DNA of 64,000 nt from Candidatus Dormiibacterota bacterium (GCA_035534755.1 DATLRH010000006.1:8829-72828), one strand, 5' to 3'. Counted from the stretch's first letter, positions 49,883-59,116 are shown. The notes: generated by a model not told the origin, from the letters alone. Translations and numbers: made by a program.

Positions 49883-50584
49883 TCAGTCGGCGCCGAGGCG
49901 ATAGCCCACCCCTCGGACGGTTTGGATGAGCTGGCGGTCGGTGTCCTTGAGCTTGAGCCGGAGGTACCGGATATAGACCTCGAGATTGTTCTCGTCGCCG
50001 TAGAAGGACACTCCCCAAACCGAATTCATCAACCGATCCCGGGTCAGCACCTCGCCCTGGTGCTCCATGAGATACGCGAGAAGGTCGAATTCCCGGGGGG
50101 AGAGCTCCACCGGGTGGCTGTCCCGGCAGACCTTCCTGGTGCTCCGGTCAAGCTGGAGCGGTCCGGCCCAGAGCACGGCTGCTTGGTCCGGCTGCCGCCG
50201 CCGCAGCACGGAGCGGACCCGTGCCAGCAGCTCGCCGAACTCGAAGGGCTTGCCCAGGTAGTCGTCGGCGCCGACGTCGAGCCCTCGAATTCGATCCTGG
50301 GTATCGTCCCGGGCGCTGAGGATCACCAGACCGCGGCGGGGATCGCCAGCGAGCTCCCTGGTCAGGGCGATCCCATCCATGCGCGGCATCATGACGTCCA
50401 GCACCACCACGTCGGGGGCGAAGCGATCGACCACTGCCAGGGCCGCCCGACCGTCCTGCGCGGTCTCGACCTCGAATCCCTCTCGACTCAGCCCGATCCT
50501 GATGAACTCGGTGATCGCGGGCTCGTCGTCGACCACCAGAACCCGCACCGGGCCGGGCCGCCGGTCCCTCACCTCTTCGGGCAT
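49883..50584 (-). CDS. OmpR-family response regulator
   Basis: Receiver domain (VLVVDDE...D...MPRMDG...K) plus a winged-helix trans_reg_C (VRGVGYRL). Confidence 0.9.
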   Translation of the reverse strand: MPEEVRDRRPGPVRVLVVDDEPAITEFIRIGLSREGFEVETAQDGRAALAVVDRFAPDVVVLDVMMPRMDGIALTRELAGDPRRGLVILSARDDTQDRIRGLDVGADDYLGKPFEFGELLARVRSVLRRRQPDQAAVLWAGPLQLDRSTRKVCRDSHPVELSPREFDLLAYLMEHQGEVLTRDRLMNSVWGVSFYGDENNLEVYIRYLRLKLKDTDRQLIQTVRGVGYRLGAD

Positions 50585-50732
50585 GGCAGCGGAATTATAG
50601 GAAGCTCCATCTGGGAATCAGACCAGCCGGTGAGCGGCCCCACCCTTAGCCCAGCCTGAGAGCTTGACGACAGGGTGAACTTCCCTGGCCCCGGCTCCCG
50701 TCATGGACCTGCCTGTTTCGGCCGTCTCCTGA

Positions 50733-50765
50733 GCTCACTAACTGGGTTTTACCCAGTTAGTGAGC
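50733..50765. promoter_or_regulatory. perfect 15-bp inverted repeat GCTCACTAACTGGGT-TTT-ACCCAGTTAGTGAGC in the divergent region between the response regulator and the alpha/beta-hydrolase operon
   Basis: Exact palindrome with a 3-nt spacer in a 311-nt intergenic region. No downstream T-tract. Lies about 150 nt upstream of the RR start and about 130 nt upstream of the hydrolase start. Confidence 0.4.
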
Positions 50766-50895
50766 CGGACCCGCCGCAACTGAGATCGCCGAATCAGAGA
50801 AGCGCTGGGTGAGGTTGGAGCGGACGTCTCGGGCGGACGGGTCCGGCTGATCGTGGCGGAGCCTGCAGGCGGCCACGGCTTAGACTCGGACGCCG

Positions 50896-51705
50896 ATGCC
50901 GACACCTTCGTCCCTACCGGTGGCGGCCGCCCGGCACACCATCCCCTTGGGGCCCGCCCTGGTGTCGGTGCTGGAGCGACCCGGCAGCGACCCTCCGGTT
51001 CTCCTCCTGCACGGGTGGGGAGCCAACGCGGCCAGCTTCACGGGACTGCTCCGGTTGGCCACAACCGGCCGGCGGCTGGTCGCGCTCGACCTGCCCGGAT
51101 TCGGTGAGTCTCCAATGGGAGTCACCGAATGGACGACAACCAAATACGCCGCCCTGGTCGGCGACCTCATCCGAGATCGCGACTGGGGCACGGTCTCCGT
51201 CCTGGGGCACTCCTTCGGCGGCGGCATCGCGCTCCGCGTTGCTGGCGCAACGGGGGCGCCTCTCGACCGGCTCCTGCTCTGCGCTGCCTCCGGGGTTCGC
51301 GCTCCCAACTCCGGTGGCGTCACGGCGAAGGTTCGGGTTTTTCGCGGGCTTCGGCGCGGGCTCGAGCTTGCCTTGCCGGCCGGACCCGCCGACAGTGCGG
51401 TGGAATGGCTGCGCCAGCGGATGGGCTCGGCGGACTACCGGGCCGCGGGTCCGCTTCGACCGCTGCTGGTTCGGACCGTCCAGGAGGACCTCAGTGCGGT
51501 CGCCGAGCGGGTCCAGGTTCAGACCCTGATCATCTGGGGCGGTCGGGACACCGAACTCCCGCTGGACCCGTTCGGCCACCGGCTGCAGCGGCTGGTCCGG
51601 AACTCGGCTCTGGTCGAGTTCGAGACCAGCGGTCACTTCCCGTTCGTCGACGAGCCGGCCCGGTTCGCCGCCGTCTTCGACTCCTTCGTGGACGCCACAC
51701 TCTGA
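50896..51705 (+). CDS. alpha/beta-hydrolase fold protein
   Basis: HGWGANAASF (oxyanion region), nucleophile elbow GHSFGG, and a C-terminal His in SGHFPF. Confidence 0.85.
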   Translation: MPTPSSLPVAAARHTIPLGPALVSVLERPGSDPPVLLLHGWGANAASFTGLLRLATTGRRLVALDLPGFGESPMGVTEWTTTKYAALVGDLIRDRDWGTVSVLGHSFGGGIALRVAGATGAPLDRLLLCAASGVRAPNSGGVTAKVRVFRGLRRGLELALPAGPADSAVEWLRQRMGSADYRAAGPLRPLLVRTVQEDLSAVAERVQVQTLIIWGGRDTELPLDPFGHRLQRLVRNSALVEFETSGHFPFVDEPARFAAVFDSFVDATL

Positions 51706-51709
51706 GCAC

Positions 51710-53290
51710 GTGAGCATCCCGATCTGGCAGGCCGCCCTGGTCACCGCCGTGGCCGCGGCCGCCCTCTGGCGTCGCTCCCTGGGCTGGCTCTACCTCTGCC
51801 AGCTGGACGAGTACCAGCCATCTCGCCTCTGGCGTACCGCCTGGCGCCGGGTCCGGGTGATCTGGCCCTGGGAGCTGGTGCTCATGCTGGGGGCGCTGGC
51901 GCTGGCGCTGGTGGCGGCCTGGCCCCAGGACCGGCTGCGGTGGATTCCATTGTTGGGCGCCGCTCTGCTTCCCCTCCTCACCGACCGCCCCTTCGCCAAG
52001 CGCGGCGCCTTGCGCTGGACGGCACGGGCCCGCCGGCTTGGGCTGGCGGCGGGGACGATCGCTCTGGCAGCGCTCCTTCTCGCCTTCTGGAGAGTCTGGC
52101 TGGGGGCGGTTCTGATCGCGGTCATTGACCTGGGGCTGGTCGCCGCCCTCTCCGCCGCAGTGGCCCTGAACTCCCCGGGAGAGAGGCGACGCCGGCACCG
52201 ATTCATGGCCGCCGCCGGACGGCGGATCGCCGAGGTGTCCCCAATCGTCGTGGGCGTGACGGGCAGCTACGGCAAGACGACCACCAAGCTCTTCCTTTGC
52301 CAGCTGCTCGACTCGCCGGCGACACCCTGCTTCGCGACCCCGGAGAGTTTCAACACCACCTTGGGGGTGTGCCGGGCGATCAACGAGGGCCTGAGGCCGG
52401 ACCACCACTTCGCGATCGTGGAGATGGGAGCCTACCGCACCGGCGAGATTGCCGAGATCTGCTCCTTCACTCACCCTCGGCTGGGCATCGTCACCGCCGT
52501 CGGGGTGATGCACCTCGAGCGTTTCGGCTCCCGGCAGAAGATCGCCCAGGCCAAGTCGGAGCTGCTGGCGGCCCTCCCTGACGCCGGGGTCGCGGTCCTG
52601 CCCAGCGCGATCGGCGAGCGTGAGTTGCTGACGGCTCCCTTGCGGGCGAGGCCGGTTTGGGTGGGCCGCCCCGGGGATCGCTGGTGGGCCGAGGGGATTC
52701 AGGTCAGTCCCGAAGGCTCCCAGCTGCGCCTGCGCGGTTCCGGCGGGGAAGACCTGGGGTTGAGCGTTCCCGTCCACGGGGAGCCGATCCTGGACGATCT
52801 GGTCTGCGCCTGGGCGGCGGCGTTCGAGTTGGGTGTGCCGGCGGCCACCCTGGCGGAGCGCTCCGCCGCGCTGGAGGGGCCTCCCCACCGGCTCCAGGTG
52901 AGCCGGGTCAACGGGATCACCATCATCGACGACGCCTACAATTCGAACCCGGAAGGCGCCGCCGCGGCGCTGCGCCTCCTGGCCGACCTGCCGGGGCAGC
53001 GTCGGGTGCTGGTGACGCCCGGCTTCATCGAGCTCGGGCCGTTGCAGGAGAAGAGCATGGGGGAGCTGGGTAGGCAGGCAGCCGCGGTCTGCACCCACGT
53101 GATCCTGGTCGGGCGGGTGCAGTCGGGGGCGGTGGCGACCGGACTCCGCGAGGCGGGCTTCCCGGACGCTCAGGTGACCGTGGCGGCCGATCTCGGCGCC
53201 GCTCAGCTCCGCCTCCCTGAGGTCGCTGGCCCGGGCAGCGTCGTGCTCTTCGAGAACGACCTCCCGGACTCCTTCCTGGAGGCAGGGTGA
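51710..53290 (+). CDS. Mur-ligase-family protein (MurF-like central and C-terminal domains) with an N-terminal roughly 165-aa polytopic membrane domain
   Basis: About 5 TM helices, then ATP-binding GVTGSYGKTTTK, Mur_ligase_M features (EMGA..., HLERFGS), and the C-domain (DDAYNSNPE). It lacks the usual MurF N-terminal domain. GTG 51710 is 4 nt after the hydrolase stop. Confidence 0.8.
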   Translation: MSIPIWQAALVTAVAAAALWRRSLGWLYLCQLDEYQPSRLWRTAWRRVRVIWPWELVLMLGALALALVAAWPQDRLRWIPLLGAALLPLLTDRPFAKRGALRWTARARRLGLAAGTIALAALLLAFWRVWLGAVLIAVIDLGLVAALSAAVALNSPGERRRRHRFMAAAGRRIAEVSPIVVGVTGSYGKTTTKLFLCQLLDSPATPCFATPESFNTTLGVCRAINEGLRPDHHFAIVEMGAYRTGEIAEICSFTHPRLGIVTAVGVMHLERFGSRQKIAQAKSELLAALPDAGVAVLPSAIGERELLTAPLRARPVWVGRPGDRWWAEGIQVSPEGSQLRLRGSGGEDLGLSVPVHGEPILDDLVCAWAAAFELGVPAATLAERSAALEGPPHRLQVSRVNGITIIDDAYNSNPEGAAAALRLLADLPGQRRVLVTPGFIELGPLQEKSMGELGRQAAAVCTHVILVGRVQSGAVATGLREAGFPDAQVTVAADLGAAQLRLPEVAGPGSVVLFENDLPDSFLEAG

Positions 53291-54462
53291 GCCTGCAGGG
53301 GCTATCGGTGGCCGTTGCCTTCGGCTCCCGGTCGGTAGAGCACGAGATCAGCGTCATCACCGCCTGCCAGGCGATGCCCATCCTGGCCGAGCTGGGCGCC
53401 CAGGTGGTTCCCATCTACATCACCAAGTCGGGAAGCTGGATCACCGACCCCAGCTTCGCCGAGCTGTCGAGTTTCCGGGCACGCCTTCCCGAGGCGGGCG
53501 AGCCGGTGCTGCTCGACCTGGCCACCGGCCGCCTCCGGGCGGGGAGCTGGAGCCGGCTCTCGCGACCGCGGGAGCTGGCCGTGGACGTGCTCTTCCCGAT
53601 CCTGCACGGAACGTTCGGCGAGGACGGCACCCTGGCCGGACTGGCCGCCATGGCCCGCATCCCGCAGGTGGGCGGGGACACCCTCAGTTCCGCTCTGGCG
53701 ATGGACAAGCTCCGCTCCAAGCTCGTCTTCCAGGCGGCTGGGCTGCCCGTGCTGCCGGGCAGAGCGGCGACCGGAATCGCGGAGGCCCGGATCGCGGGGG
53801 GCGAACTGGGTTACCCCCTGGTGGTCAAGCCCAACCGGGGCGGCTCCAGCATCGGGGTTGGCCTCGCCCGCGACTCGGGGGAGCTCGAGCAAGCCGTCCG
53901 GGTGGCCCTGGAGTACGACAGCCAGCTGGTGCTGGAGCCGGAGTTGGCCGCCGCCCGGGACCTCAACTGCGCCGTCAAGCGCCAGGAGCCGCGGGTCTCC
54001 GCGGTGGAGCGCCCGTTTCGGAGCCAGGGGCTGCTCAGCTACGCCGACAAGTACGCGCCCTCGGGCAAGACGGAGTTGGGAGCGGGGCCGGGGAAGCACT
54101 CTGGCGGTCCCAAGGGGGATTCCGCCGACCCCCGCCGCGAACTTCCGGCCGACATACCCGAGGCCGCCCGGGAAGAGGTGCAGCGACTCGCGGTTGCCGC
54201 CTTCGACCTGCTCGGCTGCGGCGGCACCGCCCGGGTCGACTTCCTGCTCTCCCCGTCAGGCGAGCTCTTCCTGAACGAGGTGAACACCATTCCCGGCTCG
54301 CTCGCCTTCTACCTCTGGGCTGCCACCGGGGTCACCTTTCCAGCATTGCTGGAGGAGCTGGTCAATGAGGCGCTCGCCCCGCCTGACCGGCGGACCCTGG
54401 CGCTGCCCGCCAATCTGCTCGGGGCGGATCAGTTGCTGGGCAAGGTGGGGACCGCCGGGTGA
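53287..54462 (+). CDS. ddl: D-alanine--D-alanine ligase-like ATP-grasp enzyme
   Basis: N-domain AFGSRSVEHEISVITA, central FPILHGTFGEDGTLAG and YPLVVKPNRGGSSIG, and C-terminal NEVNTIPG. It carries an insertion of roughly 40 aa (…PSGKTELGAGPGKHSGGPKGDSADPRRELP…). GTGA overlap with the upstream gene. Confidence 0.88.
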   Translation: MSLQGLSVAVAFGSRSVEHEISVITACQAMPILAELGAQVVPIYITKSGSWITDPSFAELSSFRARLPEAGEPVLLDLATGRLRAGSWSRLSRPRELAVDVLFPILHGTFGEDGTLAGLAAMARIPQVGGDTLSSALAMDKLRSKLVFQAAGLPVLPGRAATGIAEARIAGGELGYPLVVKPNRGGSSIGVGLARDSGELEQAVRVALEYDSQLVLEPELAAARDLNCAVKRQEPRVSAVERPFRSQGLLSYADKYAPSGKTELGAGPGKHSGGPKGDSADPRRELPADIPEAAREEVQRLAVAAFDLLGCGGTARVDFLLSPSGELFLNEVNTIPGSLAFYLWAATGVTFPALLEELVNEALAPPDRRTLALPANLLGADQLLGKVGTAG

Positions 54463-54553
54463 ACGGTCGCCGCGGAGGGTGCCTCGCCGGCAAGGCGGGG
54501 AGGGCCCCGGTCACAACCCCGCATGCGGGGTGGTCCCGCCCTCGCGGGTCCCC

Positions 54554-55195
54554 ATGATCAGCGAGATTCGGGCCGAGGACGTGGTGGTCTCGATCGGACC
54601 GCGGACAATCCTGGACCGGGTCGGCCTGCTCGCCCAGGCCGGGGAGGTGGTGGGGGTGACCGGACCGTCGGGGTCGGGGAAGACCACGTTGATGATGGTC
54701 CTGGCCGGACTCCAGGCTCCCGACCGCGGCCGGGTTCTGCTCGACGGGCGTCCGGTCTCGCCGCGATCCGAGCCGGTCGGGATCATCCTTCAGAACCACG
54801 GCTTGGTCTCTATCCTGACCGCCGCCGAGAACGTCGCCTTGCCTCTCCAGGCCCGGCGACTGCCGGCCGCCGAGGCCGAGGCGCGCACCCGGGCGGCGCT
54901 GCACGCGGTCGGGCTCGACGAAGTCGCGGAGCACCTCTGCGAGGACCTCTCGGGGGGGCAGCGGCAGCGGGTGGGCGTAGCCCGGGCACTGGCTGCGGAC
55001 CCCGAGCTGTTGATCGCCGACGAACCCACTTCCGAGCTCGCCGCCGAGGCGCGCCACCTGGTGCTCGGGCTTCTGCGCGAGCATGCCAGCCGCGGGCGGA
55101 TCGTGATTGTGGCCTCTCACGACCAGGAGGTGGTCGACGCCTGCGACCGCTGCCTGCGGCTGATCGACGGCCGGCCTGCCCCCGACCCGGACTGA
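54554..55195 (+). CDS. ABC transporter ATP-binding protein (FtsE/LolD-like, 213 aa), no adjacent permease on this strand
   Basis: Walker A GPSGSGKTT, signature LSGGQRQR, and Walker B LLIADEPTSEL. ATG 54554; the track N-terminal extension is junk. Confidence 0.85.
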   Translation: MISEIRAEDVVVSIGPRTILDRVGLLAQAGEVVGVTGPSGSGKTTLMMVLAGLQAPDRGRVLLDGRPVSPRSEPVGIILQNHGLVSILTAAENVALPLQARRLPAAEAEARTRAALHAVGLDEVAEHLCEDLSGGQRQRVGVARALAADPELLIADEPTSELAAEARHLVLGLLREHASRGRIVIVASHDQEVVDACDRCLRLIDGRPAPDPD

Positions 55196-55205
55196 TCCAC
55201 CCCGC

Positions 55206-56090
55206 TCAGAGGCTGACCGTCTCGCCGCTCTCGTCGAGGTCGCGGTTGATCAGCTCGGCTCCCTGGCCGCGGCGGACGACCTTGACCAGGGTCCCCGGGG
55301 GGAGCACCTCGAGGACGTCCGGCGGCAGATCGATCGTCCCTTCCCGGCTGACCACCGCATAGGTCTGCCCCAGTCTCCCCTCGGCCCCGACCAGCCCGTC
55401 TCGGATGTTCACCGTCCGCGGCAACGCGTCCGCCACCGCCTGGTCATGGGTGACGCAGACCAGGGTCGTGCCCAGCTCCCGGTTCACGCCCAGGAGCAGT
55501 TCCAAGACCACGTCTCGGTTGTCGCCGTCGAGCTGGTTGGTCGGCTCGTCGACGAGCAGCAGCTCGGGTCCCAGGGAGATGCTGGCGGCGATCGCCACCC
55601 GCTGCTGCTCACCCCCGGAAAGCGAGGCGACAGCCCGGCTTCCCAGCTCGGAGAGGCCGAGCTGCTCCAGGAGCTGTCGGGCGGGGCGGACCTGGGTGCC
55701 GGCCCGGGCCTTTCCCAGCCGTTGGGCGAACTCCACGTTCTGGATCGCGGAGGCGTAGGGGAGGAGATTCCGGGTCGGGTCCTGGAGCACCAGGCTGACG
55801 CTGCTGGCATGCATTCGGGCCAACTCCCTCCCGGTCATCTGACCGAGGTCACGATCTCCCAGACGGACCCGCCCCGAGGAGGGCTTGATCAGCCCGGCCA
55901 GGAGCGCAAGCAGGCTCGACTTACCTGACCCGGACGGTCCCAGGATGGCCAGCGCCTCCCCGGGTTCGATGTCCAAGTCGATGCCCCGGAGCGCAGCCAC
56001 GTCGCCCTCGTCGCTGGGATACAGGAGTACCACCCTCTGGCAGTGCACCTCCAGTCCCAGTCCCCGGTGCGGCGCGGTTGCCAGGCTCAT
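55206..56090 (-). CDS. ABC transporter ATP-binding protein (MacB/FtsE-like) with C-terminal extension
   Basis: Walker A GPSGSGKSS, signature LSGGEQQR, and Walker B LLLVDEPTNQLD. A roughly 70-aa C-terminal tail follows the ABC domain. Confidence 0.9.
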   Translation of the reverse strand: MSLATAPHRGLGLEVHCQRVVLLYPSDEGDVAALRGIDLDIEPGEALAILGPSGSGKSSLLALLAGLIKPSSGRVRLGDRDLGQMTGRELARMHASSVSLVLQDPTRNLLPYASAIQNVEFAQRLGKARAGTQVRPARQLLEQLGLSELGSRAVASLSGGEQQRVAIAASISLGPELLLVDEPTNQLDGDNRDVVLELLLGVNRELGTTLVCVTHDQAVADALPRTVNIRDGLVGAEGRLGQTYAVVSREGTIDLPPDVLEVLPPGTLVKVVRRGQGAELINRDLDESGETVSL

Positions 56091-59000
56091 CGGAACTCCA
56101 TTCGCAGCCGGCCCAAGTCGACGTCCCCGACCGCAGCCGCCGCGGCCGCGACTGCGGCCGCGGCCAAGAGGACCACAAGCACCAGCCCCAGGGCGACCAG
56201 AGGCAAGACCGGGAGGGCGAGCTGGAGCGGGGGCTGGCCGATGTTGGAGCCGAACTCCGGGATCGCCGGGAGAGCCACCAGGGCGGCCCCGACCGCGGCC
56301 ACGATCCCCAGCAGCACCCCGGGCACCAGCACCCAGGCTTGCTCCGCGACCAAAGACCGCCAGAGCGCCGGGGTGGGCACTCCGAGGGCCCGCATCACGG
56401 CCAGCTCGAAGCTGCGCCGTCTGGCGCTCAGGAAGAAGGAGAGGACGGTGGTCGCCACCGCCAGGGCGGCCGCCGCTCCCGCCGCGAAGACGAAGAACTG
56501 ATACCCCAGTCCCAGCCCACCCGAGTTGTACCTGGCGACCGCTGCGGCCGGGGTCTGGACCCGGTCCACGCGCAGGCCTTGGGCGACCAGGCTGCGCATC
56601 ACTCGCTGGGGAGCGCGGCTGCTAAACCACACATAGCTTCGGGTCGCGATCGGGGTGCCCACCTCCGCGTCGAGCGCGGTCGGCAGGCTGAGCAGGTACC
56701 CGACCGAGCCCAGGTTGGGCAGGGCCACCACCTGGGGAGTGGTGTTGACGGTGAGGGGCGTCCCGTCAAAATCCAGGACCGAGTTGCGGACGGGATCGCT
56801 GGTCTGACTGCCCTCGGTGGCGACCCCGTGCAGGGTGGCCGGAAGTGGCGCCGGGACCGCGTCCGGTGACTGATCCTCGGTCAGGTTGTCGGTGACGCTG
56901 AGGGTCAGTGCCTGGCCGTTGCCGACCAGGCTGGCTGCACCACTTCCCCCAGAGTTGGTGACCCAGTAGCCGGTGTCGTATACCCGTGCGTTGAGCGCGC
57001 GCCAGCTCGAACCCTGGTGGACCGCCAGGGCGGAGAGCGTGACCGAGTAGGTGGCCGACGTGGCTGAGCTCAGTCCGGGATACCAGACCGGGGCCAGCGA
57101 GGTGACCCGGCAGCCACCGGCGCAGTCGGGCGGAAGCCCGGAGTGGTAGGTGTGAGTTCCCGGCGTCAGATAGCCGAAGTCAGCCACCTGGACGTTGCCC
57201 GCGCTGTCGATCAGATTCATCTGGAGGTCGGGGGGTGGCGAGACCGGCGGGCTCATCGCCACCGTGGCCCGAATTTCGTCGCCGGTCAGCACCAGGGGGG
57301 GCCGCTGGCTGGGCTGCAGCCACTTCACGATCGCACTGAGCCGGGTGCGACTGACCGTGCTCGGCCAGAAGGGGACTTGGGCCAATCTCGTGGGATCAAC
57401 CGCGAGCAGGTTCAGGCCGGAGTAGTGCGACTCCATCACCGCCATCGCGTAGCGCCCCGAGGGGTCGGCGCGGCGAACGGCGGTCACCAGGTTGACCGAG
57501 GAGGGCACAGTCACCTGAACCACCTTGGCGGCCCCAAGGTCGAACTCGGCGCGCAGCGTCCGGTTGGTGCCGGCCACCGACCACCCGATGACGGCGAACG
57601 CCGACAGCCCGACCGCCACGGTCAGGATCAGCACCTGCCGGAGGGCGGCCGGGCGTCGGATCACCTGGCGCACGGCGAGGCCCGCCGCCAAGTGCCGCGA
57701 GTACCGGGTCCGGCGCACCAGGTAGGCGCAGGCGACCGGCAGCAGCCGGGTGCCGGGCACCGCGACTCCGATCGCGATCAACCCCGGGGCGAAGAGGGCG
57801 ATCGGATTGGGATGGTCGCCGCTGAGGACTCCCGCCGTGGCCAGCTCGAGCAGGCCGGCGCCCGCCAGGGCCAGCGCAGCTCCCTCCCAGGCGGCGCGAG
57901 CGACCGCGGAGGGCCGGTCCTCGGCAGCCCGCAGCTCGTCGATGAGGGGCCGCACCAGCAACCTCCGCGATCCCGCCACGGTGGCGACGATCCCGCTCGC
58001 GAACGCCGCCAGTGCGGCCAGGACGGCCAGGGGAGAGAACGGGACGGGGGCGCCCGCGAGGGCGAGCGGGGAGGCCAGCTCCATAGCCAGGAAGGCGCCC
58101 ACCAGCCCGATCGGAAGGGCCAGCAGCAGAATCAGCGCCGGCTCGGCCACGCCCATGACCAGCAAGGACGGAAGGGTGGCTCCCCGGAGCTTGGCCAGAG
58201 CCACCTCCGATCGTCGAGCAAGCGCGGTCCGGGCGACCAGCACGTAGAGCACGAAGAGAGTCAGGAGCAGCAGCTGGAGGGCGACGACGCCGACGATGGC
58301 GGCCACCGAGCTGGCCTGGGCGTAGTAGCTGGTCACAGCCTTGCCGAGCTGGGTGGTGGCGGTCAGGTCATACCTGGTGCGGACCAGATAGTTGAATTGG
58401 GCCACAGAGTGCTGCAGCGCCGGGGCCGAGCTGGGCAGGGTGCGGGATATGACCAAGGGGAACTGCGCCGTAGACACCGTTTCGACCCCGGTCAGACTCA
58501 GCTCCGGGGTAAAGAAGGAATCCAGGCTGGGGGGCGCCTTGCCGACCCGGGGGGCGAACTGGAAGAAGTCCGTGCCCAGCCAATACGGGGCACCGATGTC
58601 GCCCACCTTGGTGATGCCCGACACGACGAGACCGCCGACCCCGGGGACGGTCAGATGACTTCCCACCCGGAGCCCGAGAACCTGCGCGTCCCTCGCGGTC
58701 ATCGCGATCTGGTCCGGTCGGCTGGGGCAGCGGCCGCTGATGAATTGGAGGTGCTGGCAGACTCCCGTTCGGAAGGCCACATCGCCGAAGTCGCCGCGAA
58801 ACTTCATGCCGTACTCCTCGGAGTAAACCGGGGCTCCAAACCACTGTCGAAGTCCCTCCCGGCGGGCCGCGCCGGCCATCGCCCGGACCGTCCTAAGCGA
58901 CCCGTTGGCGTCCTGGGTGGCCACCGTCACGGTGGTCTGGGCGACGCCGGCGCTAGTCAGCTGGGAGCGGAGCACCTCAGTGTCCGCGGTGGCCAGAAAG

Positions 59001-59116
59001 AGCGGTCCGGCGGCAGCCGTGAACACGGCCAAGACGGCGACCGCCATGAGCGCTGCGCTTGCGCCCAGCCGCCAGCGCAGCGCGGCCAGGAGGGGAGGAA
59101 CGGCTAGCCCCCTCAA
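56087..59116 (-). CDS. FtsX-like ABC permease, double-FtsX (MacB-like) 1009-aa membrane protein
   Basis: Two blocks of 4 TM helices each, preceded by large extracytoplasmic domains, typical of actinobacterial DUF214/FtsX x2 permeases. TTG start. Its stop overlaps the ATPase start. Confidence 0.85.
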   Translation of the reverse strand: MRGLAVPPLLAALRWRLGASAALMAVAVLAVFTAAAGPLFLATADTEVLRSQLTSAGVAQTTVTVATQDANGSLRTVRAMAGAARREGLRQWFGAPVYSEEYGMKFRGDFGDVAFRTGVCQHLQFISGRCPSRPDQIAMTARDAQVLGLRVGSHLTVPGVGGLVVSGITKVGDIGAPYWLGTDFFQFAPRVGKAPPSLDSFFTPELSLTGVETVSTAQFPLVISRTLPSSAPALQHSVAQFNYLVRTRYDLTATTQLGKAVTSYYAQASSVAAIVGVVALQLLLLTLFVLYVLVARTALARRSEVALAKLRGATLPSLLVMGVAEPALILLLALPIGLVGAFLAMELASPLALAGAPVPFSPLAVLAALAAFASGIVATVAGSRRLLVRPLIDELRAAEDRPSAVARAAWEGAALALAGAGLLELATAGVLSGDHPNPIALFAPGLIAIGVAVPGTRLLPVACAYLVRRTRYSRHLAAGLAVRQVIRRPAALRQVLILTVAVGLSAFAVIGWSVAGTNRTLRAEFDLGAAKVVQVTVPSSVNLVTAVRRADPSGRYAMAVMESHYSGLNLLAVDPTRLAQVPFWPSTVSRTRLSAIVKWLQPSQRPPLVLTGDEIRATVAMSPPVSPPPDLQMNLIDSAGNVQVADFGYLTPGTHTYHSGLPPDCAGGCRVTSLAPVWYPGLSSATSATYSVTLSALAVHQGSSWRALNARVYDTGYWVTNSGGSGAASLVGNGQALTLSVTDNLTEDQSPDAVPAPLPATLHGVATEGSQTSDPVRNSVLDFDGTPLTVNTTPQVVALPNLGSVGYLLSLPTALDAEVGTPIATRSYVWFSSRAPQRVMRSLVAQGLRVDRVQTPAAAVARYNSGGLGLGYQFFVFAAGAAAALAVATTVLSFFLSARRRSFELAVMRALGVPTPALWRSLVAEQAWVLVPGVLLGIVAAVGAALVALPAIPEFGSNIGQPPLQLALPVLPLVALGLVLVVLLAAAAVAAAAAAVGDVDLGRLRMEFR

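Noticed and set aside
51530-53098. 522-aa minus-strand ORF over the MurF-like gene
   Set aside because: Antisense. The plus frame has Mur-ligase motifs and high GC3.
57143-59107. 654-aa plus-strand ORF over the FtsX permease
   Set aside because: Antisense shadow with an Arg/Gly/Glu-rich low-complexity product.
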